Below are positions 23,566-35,550 of a stretch of DNA of 64,000 nucleotides, one piece after another. The position numbers and the translations under genes were made by a program. Positions within the stretch are counted from its first letter, which is position 1, and the number at the start of each line of letters is the position of its first letter. The notes below the pieces were generated by a model. The model did not search any database. It was not told the DNA's origin and worked only from the letters and a program-made list of their open reading frames with translations. Source of the DNA: Epiperipatus broadwayi (lineage: Eukaryota; Animalia; Onychophora); the NCBI GenBank assembly GCA_028023455.1, contig JAQFVV010000006.1:11284001-11348000 (forward strand), read 5' to 3'.

Positions 23566-23734
23566 ATAGAACTATAATTGGGGTATATGTAAAGACTTCA
23601 GTCAAGTGATAAAATATGGCTCATTTCAAAATGCATTTCAGGGGAATTTTCCTTTGCTGTAACTGCAAAATTAAAAGACTATTGCATAAATGCGCTATAT
23701 TATTAGAAAAACTTTAAAAGCACAAACTAGTCAA

Positions 23735-24258
23735 TAAATAATCAAAATTATCCTAAATTCACAACTTGACCAGATTAGCCAAGAAAATAAAATCTAAAAC
23801 ACTACCAATGGTTTCACTGTTACAATCAGACTTCTCAAATGTACAGAACTACAAAATAACAACATATTTAAACTAAACATTACCCACAATCCCACTTCCC
23901 ATCCACTCTTAATATTCTGCCTTATATATCCATGTAAACGATACAGGCCACATAATTAACTTTGATGAAGCTAAGATTATCTTCTTTGAGAGTAATGAAA
24001 TAAAAAGAATTAAAGAATCTTTATTATTGAAAATTTATTATTCTGAAGCAATTAACTTATTTAAAAGTTCTTTCAATCTTAAGGGTATATGGGAAGTGGA
24101 ATTGTGGGTAATGTTTAGTTTAAATATGTTGTTACTTTGCAGTTCTTTACACTTGAGAAGTCTGCTGGTAGCAGTGAAACCATATTGGTAGTGTTTTAGA
24201 TTTTATTTACTAGGCTAGTCTGGTTGAATTGTGAATTTAAAGTAATTTTGATTATTAG
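23735..24258 (+). mobile_element. 5'-truncated Penelope-like element with inverted pseudo-LTR
   Basis: Spacer 23925-24035 reads HVNDTGHIINFDEAKIIFFESNEIKRIKESLLL (GIY-YIG C-terminus); right arm 24078-24258 carries a decayed HHR (about 24152-24195); left arm 23735-23915 is its inverted copy. Confidence 0.8.
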
Positions 24259-24519
24259 AAAAACTGTACATTATGCAATTTAGTTTTCCAATGTACTTAA
24301 AACTAAAACAAATCTAAAATAAATACTTTCAACATACATGAATAATTTGTATTAGTCAGTCATTAGCCTAGATATTATTATCCACATAATATGTCATTAA
24401 GTGGATAATCTCTAGGCTATTGAATAACTAATAAAAATTATTAATGTCCTTCAATCAAATGGTTTGTGTCAAAATTCTGAGGGTGTTAAGTTTGACACTT
24501 ACCAATTAAACTGTAATAA

Positions 24520-24626
<107 letters not shown>

Positions 24627-24639
24627 CTAAACATTGCTA

Positions 24640-24740
24640 AAGATATGTGTACAAAATTGTGACCTAGGCCAACTGATGAGTGTTTATTCAGCACGAAATG
24701 TGCACTTTGGGAATCATACATATTTTTTACATATATTTGG
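24640..24740 (+). ncRNA. HHR family E copy
   Basis: ccaa-CTGATGA-GTG-tttattcag-CAC-GAAA-tgtgcact-ttggg from 24670; homologues at 27960-28100 and 63860-63990. Confidence 0.65.
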
Positions 24741-25354
24741 TCATATGTTTATGATTACACCCCCACAAGGTGTTAAAAACGGATAGAAACCAGTCTTTAA
24801 ACTTTCATGAGAATGGTATAGTGAAAACTACACTACAGAGATGATATTTTCAACAGTTTTTTCAACTTAAAATGTCTAATCTTTAAAAATTAAATATATT
24901 CCTATTTATGGAATAATTAATCATTTGGTATTACTACCTTGCATAAAAAAAAAAAGGATACATATCTGTTACACGATTAGTAATAACAATTGCCCAATTT
25001 TTAACATTTATTATAAAATTCTGACAGACTTTCCTTCCATACTTTCTTTTCACTTTCTCCCTTAAAATAAAAATATGGGGGAATCAAGTAATTTATAAAT
25101 ACAATTAAAAAACACATTCAACGTGGCAAGCAGACAGTTCATCTTCTGATGGTAGGGGGTGGTGGTGGGGGTGATGAGTATAACCATTTTTTTTCAAAAA
25201 AAGGGAAATTGCTGCTTTAATTTATACATATACTTGCTTTTAATGACTTATGTCCAGTTTATATTAATCCACAAAAACATCAAAACGCCATTTTTCAGGA
25301 ACACACACTACTTATATTATTCCAATTCTACTACTTATATAAGCTTGAATAACC

Positions 25355-25460
25355 AATAGATGGCAGTGCTTCATAAATCTCTATCCAGCATTGTTCTATC
25401 TATAGCCGCAGATTAATTTCTAGCTTACAATCTTCGTCGACTAGGATTGTTGGATCTGGA
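25355..25460 (-). mobile_element. HHR family A' decayed copy
   Basis: Matches 17835-17945. Confidence 0.65.
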
Positions 25461-25929
25461 TCTAATATGAACTGATGTTAGACCTATATAAATATGCTAA
25501 CACGTTGGTTTGGATCCAAAATATTAAGATGCTTTTAAATTTCTGAGATTTAATAAATTTAAAAAAAGAAAAGGATGGTTGCTGAATGAAAAGCCGCATT
25601 GGATCCAAAAAAAATCCAAATGCGTCAGATCAAGATTCAAAACTAGCTAAGAAACTAATTTGTAAATAAAGATCAGATGGCCCTAGATATGATTCTAATA
25701 AACACTTCCACCTACTATCAAATATTCAAGATGATATTGTAGTACTATAAATACGGTTAAAATAAATATTTTTCTTTGACAATTTTTTGTGCCAAATGAT
25801 GTAAATTAACCGAAATTTCATTCTGAATTTTTCAAAATATTTTCAAAAATGAGATATAAGTTCTGTAAAAAGCTAATAATAATTGTTCAAGTAGACAGGC
25901 TGTCTCATGATACATATGATTTGCAATAC

Positions 25930-26170
25930 AACTTACCACAGGAAGAAAGTTTTTCCTAATTTAATCCAGGCTTTCTAATCCAGAGATTCTTTTCTCCACA
26001 TAACCTTAGCAAATTTCCTTATCTCATTTATCCATCTCACACCGATCGCCTTTTAGGTCTTTTATATTCAGTCGGAATCTTCTGTTTAATCCAGTTCTAT
26101 TTCAGATCATAATTCTTCCAGTGATGTCCTTGATATATATTTTTTCTGTTTCCCATGGATTTCACTTGCG
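25930..26170 (-). mobile_element. RTE-type LINE 3' fragment (old)
   Basis: catccatctcac..ggtcttt..aatccag similarity to 27100-27160. Confidence 0.55.
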
Positions 26171-26983
26171 ATGTCTCCTTATTTATTAAAAGCACAATTT
26201 ACTATTTCAATTATTAATTAATCTTAACAACTAATCAATATACATTTATAATATATTATTTATGAAGCACATACATTTTTATATAAAACAGTATATTGCA
26301 GTCAAAAGAATAACGATTAATCAATGTTTTTTCACGTTCAATTCCTTAATGCAAATGCATATCAGCGTATAAAGCAATAGTTATTAAATCATATTCTCAT
26401 TTTTTTGCAATTGGATCAACTATAGTAATTAGTTTTTTAAAAAGGTAGTCATTAAAGATTTCAGTCATTATTTTTAAGAAAATAATTAAAAATAAGAATT
26501 AAACTACAATAGATGGGGAAAGATAAAATAGAAACATGTTATTCATATCAGTTAATGTTTTATAAAACTGTTGTTTTTTAATTTATTTTAAAATAGATAT
26601 AGGTAATAACATTATTTAAAGAAATTGGAGCTTTTGGTAAATTTAGATAATTTATTTTTATATTTGTTTATTTATGCAATATATTTATAAAAATAGTTGT
26701 TTAAAATAAAAAAAATAAAAATGTGATTACAATTAGATTTTATTTGAAAATGTTTGTTTTTAAGAAGACAAGTCATTAAAACCATAATTACAATAAGGTA
26801 GAAGATGCGATTATTTGCAGAAAAGATAAAAGCCACTGAAGAAATTTTTTGTGAAATTTTAATAATAAGTGCAATTTAAAATTTTAAAACAATTTCATTG
26901 CTTTATAATGTCTTACTTAAAATTTGTTTCTACTTTAATAAATTTCAAATAAAAAATAATTAATTAATATTTTTTTTACAATT

Positions 26984-27545
26984 CATCATCATCATCAACG
27001 ATTATCAATTCACTGCAGGATGAAAGTCTCCCCAAGTTCAATCCATCTTCTCTGATCTTTAGCTTCTCTTCACATCACCCCTGCACACTTTCTTATTTCA
27101 TCCATCCATCTCACATGTGGTCTCTTTCTGGGTCTTTTACAATCTCTTGGAATCCAGTTTAAGATTTCAATTGTCCATCTATTATCATCTCTTCTAGCAA
27201 TATTTCCAGCCCAACTCCACTTCAGTCTTTTAATTTTTTCAATGAGGTCAGTAACACCTGTTTGTTCTCTTACCAATATATTGTGTTTTTGATCTCTTCT
27301 TGTTACTCCCAACATGCATATCTCCATACTTCTTTGAGTGGTCTGAAGTCTCTGTATTGCTCTTCTATTAAGTGTCCAAGTCTCATATCCATAAGTAAGA
27401 ACTGGTAAAACACATTTATTAAAAATCTTCTTTTCAAACACATAGGCACATTTCCTTTTAGTATCAAGTTATTTCTACTAAAAACAATCCAAACAAGTTT
27501 AATTTTATGATTAATTTCATCCATTATGTTTCCATCTGTATTAAT
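26984..27545 (-). mobile_element. RTE-type LINE 3' end with (GAT)n tail
   Basis: ORF 27070..27441: KCVLPVLTYG.ETW..LQTTQRSME.CMLGV..LKWSWAG.IARR.DNRWT..W.PR..R.RP..RW.D. Confidence 0.95.
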
Positions 27546-27959
27546 AACCTGAGCAAAGTATTTTTTACAATTAGCAATACATATTTCATTTTAGTACATT
27601 TTGCTATTTTATAAAGTTCAAGATCTTTAAGAATGATTTTCATTGTAAACTTATATTTGTAATAAATAATGTAAAGAATGTAGAATAAAGATTTAATTGT
27701 AAAAATAAAATGTTGCAAATATAACTGAAATTGCAACTAGGGGTTCAACGAAGAATGGGACAAGTTAGCCAGATTTCCATGTCTGGTTTTTCTTTGTCTT
27801 CCTTATTTTATCATTTTGAGTGATAAAAAGAAGCTTTAATCCCTAGCTTTTTAAAATACATTTCTGTATATCAATAATTTTTATTAATCATTCATTAGAT
27901 TATTTTCACTACATCACTCTCACACAAGGTAAACTGGTTTCTATCTGTTTTTAACATCT

Positions 27960-28100
27960 TGTGGAGGGATGAAATCATAAACATATGACCAAAGACACGT
28001 GAAACAGCTGTATGATGTCAAGGTGCACATTTTGTGCTGAACCAGCACTCATTAATCGGCCCACATCATAATCTCTTACATATATTTTTATCAAACTTAC
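27960..28100 (-). mobile_element. HHR family E decayed copy
   Basis: Minus strand: aatgagtgctggttcagcacaaaatgtgcaccttg; homologous to 63860-63990. Confidence 0.65.
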
Positions 28101-28122
28101 TGTCCTCACAACTTTGACACAA

Positions 28123-28391
28123 GCCAATAAACATCACATGTTCACCATTTCTTAGTTTTGTAGTTAAGTAGAGATAAAAGGTGGCTGCTGGAGGGTTGCA
28201 TTAGATCCTAAGATCTAGGTGCAGTGCTCTCAGATCCAAGGCTCCTCACTGACAAAGGCCATAAGCCAGAAACTAGTCTGGGGATATTGGATGAGTAGGC
28301 ACTAGATGGGGATTTTATGCATAAGCCTTCTGACATCCATTGAATACTCTGGCTTGCACTGACTGGCAATACGTATAGTTTTGCCTGTTTT
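28123..28391. mobile_element. HHR family A with 13-bp TSD; core on the plus strand (G8 mutated to A)
   Basis: cctca-CTGACAA-A-GGC-cataa-GCC-A-GAAA-CTAG-TC-tgggg at about 28245-28283; TSD aactttgacacaa at 28110-28122 and 28392-28404. Confidence 0.85.
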
Positions 28392-28479
28392 AACTTTGAC
28401 ACAAACCATTTGATGTAAGTATATTAATAATTTTTATTAGTCATTTATTAGTCTAAAGATTATACACTTAATGAATAAT

Positions 28480-28610
28480 ATTTCTATAATGTAATTTTCA
28501 CTACACCACTATCATGCAAAGTAAAGAATGGTTTCTAGCGGTTAAAAGTGAACAGAAATCACTCCCTATCTTGCGTAAGAGTGGTGTAGTAAAAATTACA
28601 CTAAAGAAAT
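28480..28610. repeat. MITE-like inverted repeat (about 40-bp arms)
   Basis: gtaattttcactacaccact / agtggtgtagtaaaaattac. Confidence 0.7.
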
Positions 28611-30263
28611 ATACATTCCTCTATAGTTTGTGAAAATATTACTCAAAAAACTATTAGAAACTTAACCATAAGACAACCGAAAAAACTTTAATCACTAAAT
28701 AGATATAAAAATAAACTTTTAATAAAATATACTCATACACAGCCTATTGCAAATATATATGTAAAATATATAAACATTAATAGTCAGTGCATAATATTAA
28801 AGTTTCTATGTATTTTAGTTTTCCTGTAGTCTATGGCATTTTAAATCCGTGAGGTGTAAAATGAGGGTCAAGAATATGCTAAATTATTTAATTTCTTTTA
28901 ATTCAGAAAAAATAAAAAATTAATAAATGATTATCAAAAAGCTAAACTATTAAGTGGTTATCTTATACTGTTAAAACTTTAATTTTATTTCAAAGGAATA
29001 TATTTCGGTCTAAAACCACTATAATCGTATTGGGTGATCAAGATGTAGGTTATTGCAATAAAATATAAAAATATCTTTAGGCATTAGAACGATATTTAAA
29101 CATGATAGTAATAAGTCACGTGATTCTTTAGCTTAATAGGTGATAAAACAAAAGCAGCCCTCTACTAGCCGGTAGTGTATTTATATCCCTTCCCCAAATT
29201 GGTTACCTTTGTCAATGATGATAGGATTGAAAGCCGTCACAACTAGCAATGCTTTTAACTTCATTTTATAATTCAAGCTTGAAATTAAAAACACTATAGA
29301 TTTTGAACCAAAATCAATCTACTAGAATAGTTGCAAATATCTGACCTAATCATCAATTTTAATAACCACAGATTTTTTTCTATTTATAAGGATCCCCCTC
29401 CCCAGACAAAGAATATTAACATATCCCATGATTCTTTAATTTACATAATGTGCCAAAACAAGAGCAGTACTACTGATAGGTATTCATTGATTAATCAAAC
29501 TTGCTCTTGTCTTATCGCAAATTAAAAAAGACAATGATAGACTAAGAAAGAAAAGGTACAATTACGAAAGAATTGAGATTACAAAAATTGATTCAAAATT
29601 TTAGGGTGTTTTGAATTCCAGGCTTGTTTTAATAATTAAATGATATCAAAGATCATTGCTAGACAATGTGATTGCATTACTTCCAGTTTGAATCCCAAAT
29701 ACTCTCTGAATCCAGAAAATAGTAATGGAAATGAGTATTTAAATATCCTACTATCTGGTAATCACTGATCGGACAAACTAAACTAAAGATGGCAATAGTG
29801 TAAGGAGCTGATTTTGTTTTATCGAGCAGAATATTTAAATATCACTTAGGGTAACACGATAAATTATAGGAAACGTTACAGAAATTAACTTCAGTGCAGT
29901 ATTGATTGGAAGTGAAAGACTCGAGTACAGACCTTTTTTAAATAATAAGCGCAAAATGTTAAAGCATGAACGGTGATGGAATGCCTTTATTACCCAACAC
30001 AAAAGCATTAAAGCGACAAAAATTAATCAGAATTTAGAAGACAGTCACTTACCACAAGACTTACTTCAGCTATTCTATGCATAGATATTCTGCAAATTCA
30101 CACTTAATGAGTTAATCTCTGTAGAATAAATAAACGGAGTAAAAAAAAAAAAATGGTGGCAATTATAAAAATCAAACAATATATTTGGATTAGTCTTTTT
30201 ACTTATTTATTTACAAAAGTTAGTACTGGAAAGGAAAAATAAAGTGATTAGAAAAGTAAAATA

Positions 30264-30600
30264 TAGGTGTGACAATTTAATTCCCAGAATCCACCTTCAT
30301 AAAATATGTGTATGGAAGTGTACTTTAGTGACTACTGCCACTTTCAAAGTAGTCCCATTGTGCATCTTCTGGAAGCATGTGTGGAACTCATTTTCAGGAA
30401 TACTATTGAGCAGTTGACTCATATTCTTTTGGATATTAGTTGGAGCAGAAAAGCTTCATTTTTTAAAGCATAGTTCTTCATTTTAGAAAGAATCAAAAAT
30501 CAAGGGAGGTAAGTCAGGCAAATAGGCAGAATAGTCCAGTTATGCAAGTGACTTTTTGGTCATAAGTCTCTCCCAATAAGCACCCTATCACCCATTTTTG
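30264..30600 (-). mobile_element. mariner (DD34D-like) transposase C-terminus plus 3' TIR
   Basis: Decayed PYSPDLxPxDFxLF and IPxxxFxxCF..GDYFE motifs; TIR ggtgtgacaatttaattcccagaat next to TA. Confidence 0.85.
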
Positions 30601-31509
30601 CGCAAAAGTGACATGGGTATTTATTATCTTCTCAATAGCTAACTAACAATTAGTTCTATCAGCTTAAAATGTATACCCATTAGCGTTAACATGTTCAAGC
30701 GTAAATGTTCAATACTTGTGTGATTCCAATACAATTAGGTCATGGGTGATACTACACGCTATTCCGGGAATTAAATGTCACATCTCATATATAAAAAATA
30801 TTTTATAAAAAACACTTTTATCTAATTTGATGAGTAACACACTAAATACCCCAACATAATTTTATTTTATCCAACCATAGTTTTGATTGTTATATATAAT
30901 TTAAAATAAAAGCATGGGTTGACCATAAATTAACTTTTAGTAAATTAATCATGAAATTCAATGAAAGTGTATTTTAAAAAATATACTGCTATCTATTTGT
31001 GCTTCACTGAAAAAAACTAGAATATTATATAATTGTAAGTATTTATTTTTAAAAAATTTAAATACTATATCAATGCTGATACTTTTAGTGACACTGCGCA
31101 ATTCTCTCCAACTTGCTTCAGAGCCATCTGTTGTAGACTTGAGGACTCGATTGTCATCAAATGGTTGGTATAGAACTGTCATATACCTAGACCACTTTTG
31201 CCTTTTGTTTTCATCAATGAATACCAGGATTCAAAGATGAATCTTTTGCCTTAGGCAGCCATCTTTTACTTCTTTATACTATTCAAACTACTGGTCTGAA
31301 ATTAAAAAGACAGAATTTTTAGACCACAAATTAACTTCTATAGTTATATAGATCTAATACTAGATTTTCTATATATGTTTTAGATCTCAGTTTATATCAA
31401 CCATAGGTCCTTTCTGTTCTTGGGATAGAAAGGTTGATACAAAAAACAATATCACATAATTTTCTCATGTTTGCAAGAACAATTCTGTTCATCCTATTTT
31501 ACAGTTCTC

Positions 31510-31670
31510 CACTGTAAGCTAGAATAATCGAAGGACCCCAGATTAGTGCTATAATATTATGTCTTTCATCAGAACTAGTATTTCAATCTTAAACTATTGC
31601 ACTTAAATGTATCTAGTGGCAGCTTTTACTTCTTTATGGTATTCAAACCAACAGCTTGAAATTTAAAAAA
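31510..31670 (-). mobile_element. HHR family A' decayed copy
   Basis: Minus strand ctgatgaaagacataa..ctaatctgggg; spacer gcagc..tttt..caaac shared with 17990-18050 and 31255-31300. Confidence 0.55.
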
Positions 31671-32305
31671 AACCCTAAGATTTGAACCTAAGATATCAAT
31701 GTTGCATAATTGAACATATCTGACACCAAGTCAGCTTCTAAATATTTTAGAGATGAGAGTTTTTTGCTAACTGTAGATTCCTTCTATCCTTTGGCTGCAA
31801 AGATTAATACCACCAATAGTATCACATGATGCAGAAGCTTAGATGAGTATTTCTCTTCACTCAATCTAGAGCCAACTATTGAAAATTAATGTGTAAATAA
31901 TTTGCTATTATTTTAAATAATAAATTTTGTGCTACACAGAGTGGGTCCACAAAAATTGTGTCTGTCTATAAGCATGTGTATTGGATTATTATTAATTGAG
32001 AACTAATTTGAATTTTTATTTGTCGATATTCTATGTCAATATTCTAAGATAAATAAATAGCTATGAATGACAGCATTTGAATGCTTAAAAAAAAAACATC
32101 CTTTTTAAACGCTTTTATTTAATTTAGAAATTCTGTTTATTTATTTATTTATCAAATCTAGTAATTAATTTTTAATATATTTCTATCAAATGGATTTTCT
32201 TCAAATTTATGTTAGGGGATAGCTACAAGTAATAATGCAATATTTCAGGGTTGCTGGCCTAACAGTTTTGGCAGGCTACATTTCAAACTATGTTGAAATT
32301 GATTT

Positions 32306-32395
32306 AATAAAATATATAACGGTAATAAACTATTATATACAGTCTTCTGCAGATTGAAAGACTGTTTATAATAGTTTATTACCATTATATTTATT
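32306..32395. repeat. Collapsed hairpin, family-C-like remnant
   Basis: ggtaataaactattatatacagtctt / aagactgtttataatagtttattacc; 11-nt loop. Confidence 0.7.
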
Positions 32396-32684
32396 ATTTT
32401 TAATATGATTACAATTTTGTTCTATTAACGGACATTTTATTTATATTATGTGTGTGTATATATATACACATTATCTCATAATAAAGATATAAAATAAAAA
32501 AACTTTATAAACAAAGATAAAATCTTGGTTATGCCATTAACTTTGGACTATATTTGTTTGCAATGTAGTGCTGTTGAGAGAAATATAGTGATGGGTACAA
32601 TAGATATTTTCTTAATTAGGTTGTATTTTATTTGTAACTGCTTTTGTCACCCGATATGACTTCATAACTTCTTATAATATATTT

Positions 32685-32800
32685 CATCTTGGGATTGACA
32701 GTTTTCCTGTACTCAACACAACATCGTTGAGCTTATATAAATTAGTACAACGCATATGTGAAAAGGTGAAAATCCTTCTATTTAATTACAAGTAGAATTT
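32685..32800 (-). repeat. Repeat family F head segment
   Basis: Reverse complement of 34250-34360 and 34590-34660. Confidence 0.8.
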
Positions 32801-34249
32801 AAAGATAAAATTAAATATTTAGATAATAGGAACTCAAATACGAATTAAAAAAAGAAAACCAGCAATGTATACATAATTGATTCACATTAGAGTAAATAGA
32901 GATAATTTTGCTCCTAATGCAGAGTTCGTTTGTGAAACTCAATTTCTTTAGATATTTCAAGTCTTTTGATCACGTTTGACACAAGATAGTTTTTGTTAAA
33001 TTCTTTCCATACAGGTTTTCATTTTCAACAAAAATGGAAATTAATGACATTCATTACATTGGTTTTTTCCAGAAAAATTATAATTAATATCAAGAATATA
33101 TATAAGTTATATATACATATTTATGTATTAATAATTATACATAAAAAACTCTTATAAGCATATGGTTTGTGCCCTTCTCAAATATTTAGCATCTATTTTA
33201 ACATTACTCACTTATTGCAGATGGAACACTATCTCGTATTCTATAATGAAAATAAAATAACAATAAAATAAAACATGAATAAAAACAGAATAAAATTATG
33301 ATTCAATAAAAGTTGGAAGAATTGACAATAGAATATAACAATATACAGACTAAATAAAAACGTAGCTTAAACATTATATATACTACCTTATTATATAATT
33401 TTCCACCCATTTTTAATTCACCAATTATTAACTAAATTTATTGAAGTTTTATAAATATTCATACAATTATTTAAGTTATACTTAATATCATCTTTAATTT
33501 AAAGGTTTCATATTTATTTGTAGCATCTATGCTGTCAATATGTTTAATAGTGAATGTATAAATCAGACTTATTTTCTCTCCTATTAATTATAGTTTGGTT
33601 TTTGTTTCCCTGTCTGTCCATAGTAAGTTATATCACATTGATTACAATTGATTTTATATACACCTATTAATTTTTCTAGACTTTTACTATTTGTCCATGC
33701 AATATTTATATGTTTATCACTATAATTTTTGTTTGATCCATTTTTTATTTGAACTATTGTTATCATCATCATAATCAGTTTGCATAAAAACATTTAACAG
33801 ATTTTTTACAATTAATAAGCATATTTTTAATATTTTATTATATCCATAATTTTTATATATAATTTAATAAATTGTTTCTATTGTAAATTAGTTAGTTATA
33901 TCTGTATTATATTTATCATATCTATATATTTAACATTTTTAATGAGTGCTATCTTTTGTATTCATGCTTGTGAATCTATAGGAATAATTTTTCTTAATTT
34001 GTTCTTTAAAAAATGTTTAATGTGTTATCATTATTTATGTAAATTCCTATATCTAATTTACAACAGGCCCACTGTTAACAATAATAAAACTCCTTACTTT
34101 CTTTAAAAATACGGCTCCAAATAATCACTCAAATATAAAAAATAACAAAAATCATTTTGCAAAAATTATTTTAAAAAGAAAAAGGATTTTTGGTGAATAT
34201 TTTTCATATTTGAGTTATTAACTATGTATTTAATTTTATCTTCAAAGTC

Positions 34250-34670
34250 TACTTTTAATCAAATAGAAGAATTTTCACTTTTTCACATACACATTATACT
34301 AATTTATATAACTCAATGATACTGTGTTGAATACTGGAAAACCCTCAAACCCAAACACAAGATGGAGACTTTATAAAGAGCAGCCATCTTATCTTTAACC
34401 TAAATTTAAATTTGTGTATGCCAATTTGAAGTGTCTTGGTTTGAGATGTTTCTCTGTTCACTGTTCACATCCATTAGTTTCTTTGATATATTAATATGCA
34501 CGAATCGTTTGATTTACTACAATTCAATTTTATGAATCAATAGAAACTACGTAATACTGAAATTTATTTATCAAGAGCGTAGTACGTAATTAAATGGAAG
34601 GATTTTCACCTTTTCACATATGCGCTGTCAATGATGCTGTGTTGAGTACAGGAAAACTTTGTAGATTTAA
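34250..34670 (+). mobile_element. Repeat family F unit with terminal direct repeats
   Basis: 34265-34345 is repeated at 34598-34658; body homologous to 54720-54920. Confidence 0.7.
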
Positions 34671-35192
34671 TATTATATGTTGTTATTAAAATCATTATAA
34701 ATTTTATTCACGACTCTTTTATTACCAATAATTAAAATAACATATCTAGAATAATGCATCATTTCTTGCCTAATTATTATTTTTAATAATAATAGTTTCC
34801 AATTTGTTTATAAACATTGATGACATTAAACCACTTATTGCACAACCCATAATCTATCCTTTACTTATATTCCAAAATTCTTTATTATATTTAAAATATA
34901 AATCTTACGTATTGATGCTAAACCCTCTTCTATAATATTTATCATGTTTAAATCATTTATATATTGATTTAAATTTTTTTATTAATATTTCCGTACTTTT
35001 AAGTCTTGGAATATTTGGATACATTTTTCAATATCCATTGTAAAAATGCTTTGGTTCCTAGTCAATTTTATAGTGTTGATAATACTATATTTTTATAGAA
35101 AATTCTCCATATCTTAAAATGCTTGTTATCCATTTATTTATATATTTATAACATTTATATAAAATAAAATCACTGAAATGAAATAACAACCT

Positions 35193-35550
35193 TAATGTTA
35201 TATAAAAAGCTTGCAAATAAGCTCTTAACAAGCTTTGCAGAATATCCCCAACCCCAGACTAGTTTCTGCTATTGTCATCCTCAGTGAGGTGGTAGGATAT
35301 TCAAGCATTAGATTAGATTAAAGTTAGATAGCTGGATTGGAAGACATATGAATGTGTGAAAATTTCAGATTTTCTACTTAATAGTTATCTTTTAAATAAA
35401 GTGCTGGGCGTGTCCTGATATTTTTAATCTAATGCTTGAATATCCTAGCACCTCACCGAGAAAGCCCAGTAGCAGAAACCAGTCTAGGGTTGGGGATATT
35501 CTGCAAAATTTGTTAAGAACTTATTTGTGAGCTCTCTATATAACAAATGA
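35193..35550. mobile_element. HHR family B, head-to-head pair inserted in the PLE
   Basis: Minus strand acctca-CTGAGGA-tgacaatagca-GAAA-CTAG-TC-tggggt (35251-35290); decayed plus-strand mate at about 35450-35495. Confidence 0.85.

Noticed and set aside
26830-26870. CTGAAGA..GAAA spacing (similar CTGAAGA or CTGAGGA matches at 42525, 45245, 48074 and 52632)
   Set aside because: No stem II or stem I pairing, and several lack a downstream GAAA; chance matches.
29206-29276. Signal-peptide-like MKLKALLVVTAF exon candidate
   Set aside because: The acceptor is the same repeat motif as at 31290 and 31640; no supporting downstream exon.
30053-30118. Small exon candidate with two GTAAGT donors
   Set aside because: The phases do not connect with neighbouring candidates without a stop.
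30958-31295. ORF MTVLYQPFDDNRVLK.. with a strong upstream acceptor
   Set aside because: The acceptor region is homologous to the family A' spacer (17990-18050, 31620-31660), and all frames from that acceptor have stops.
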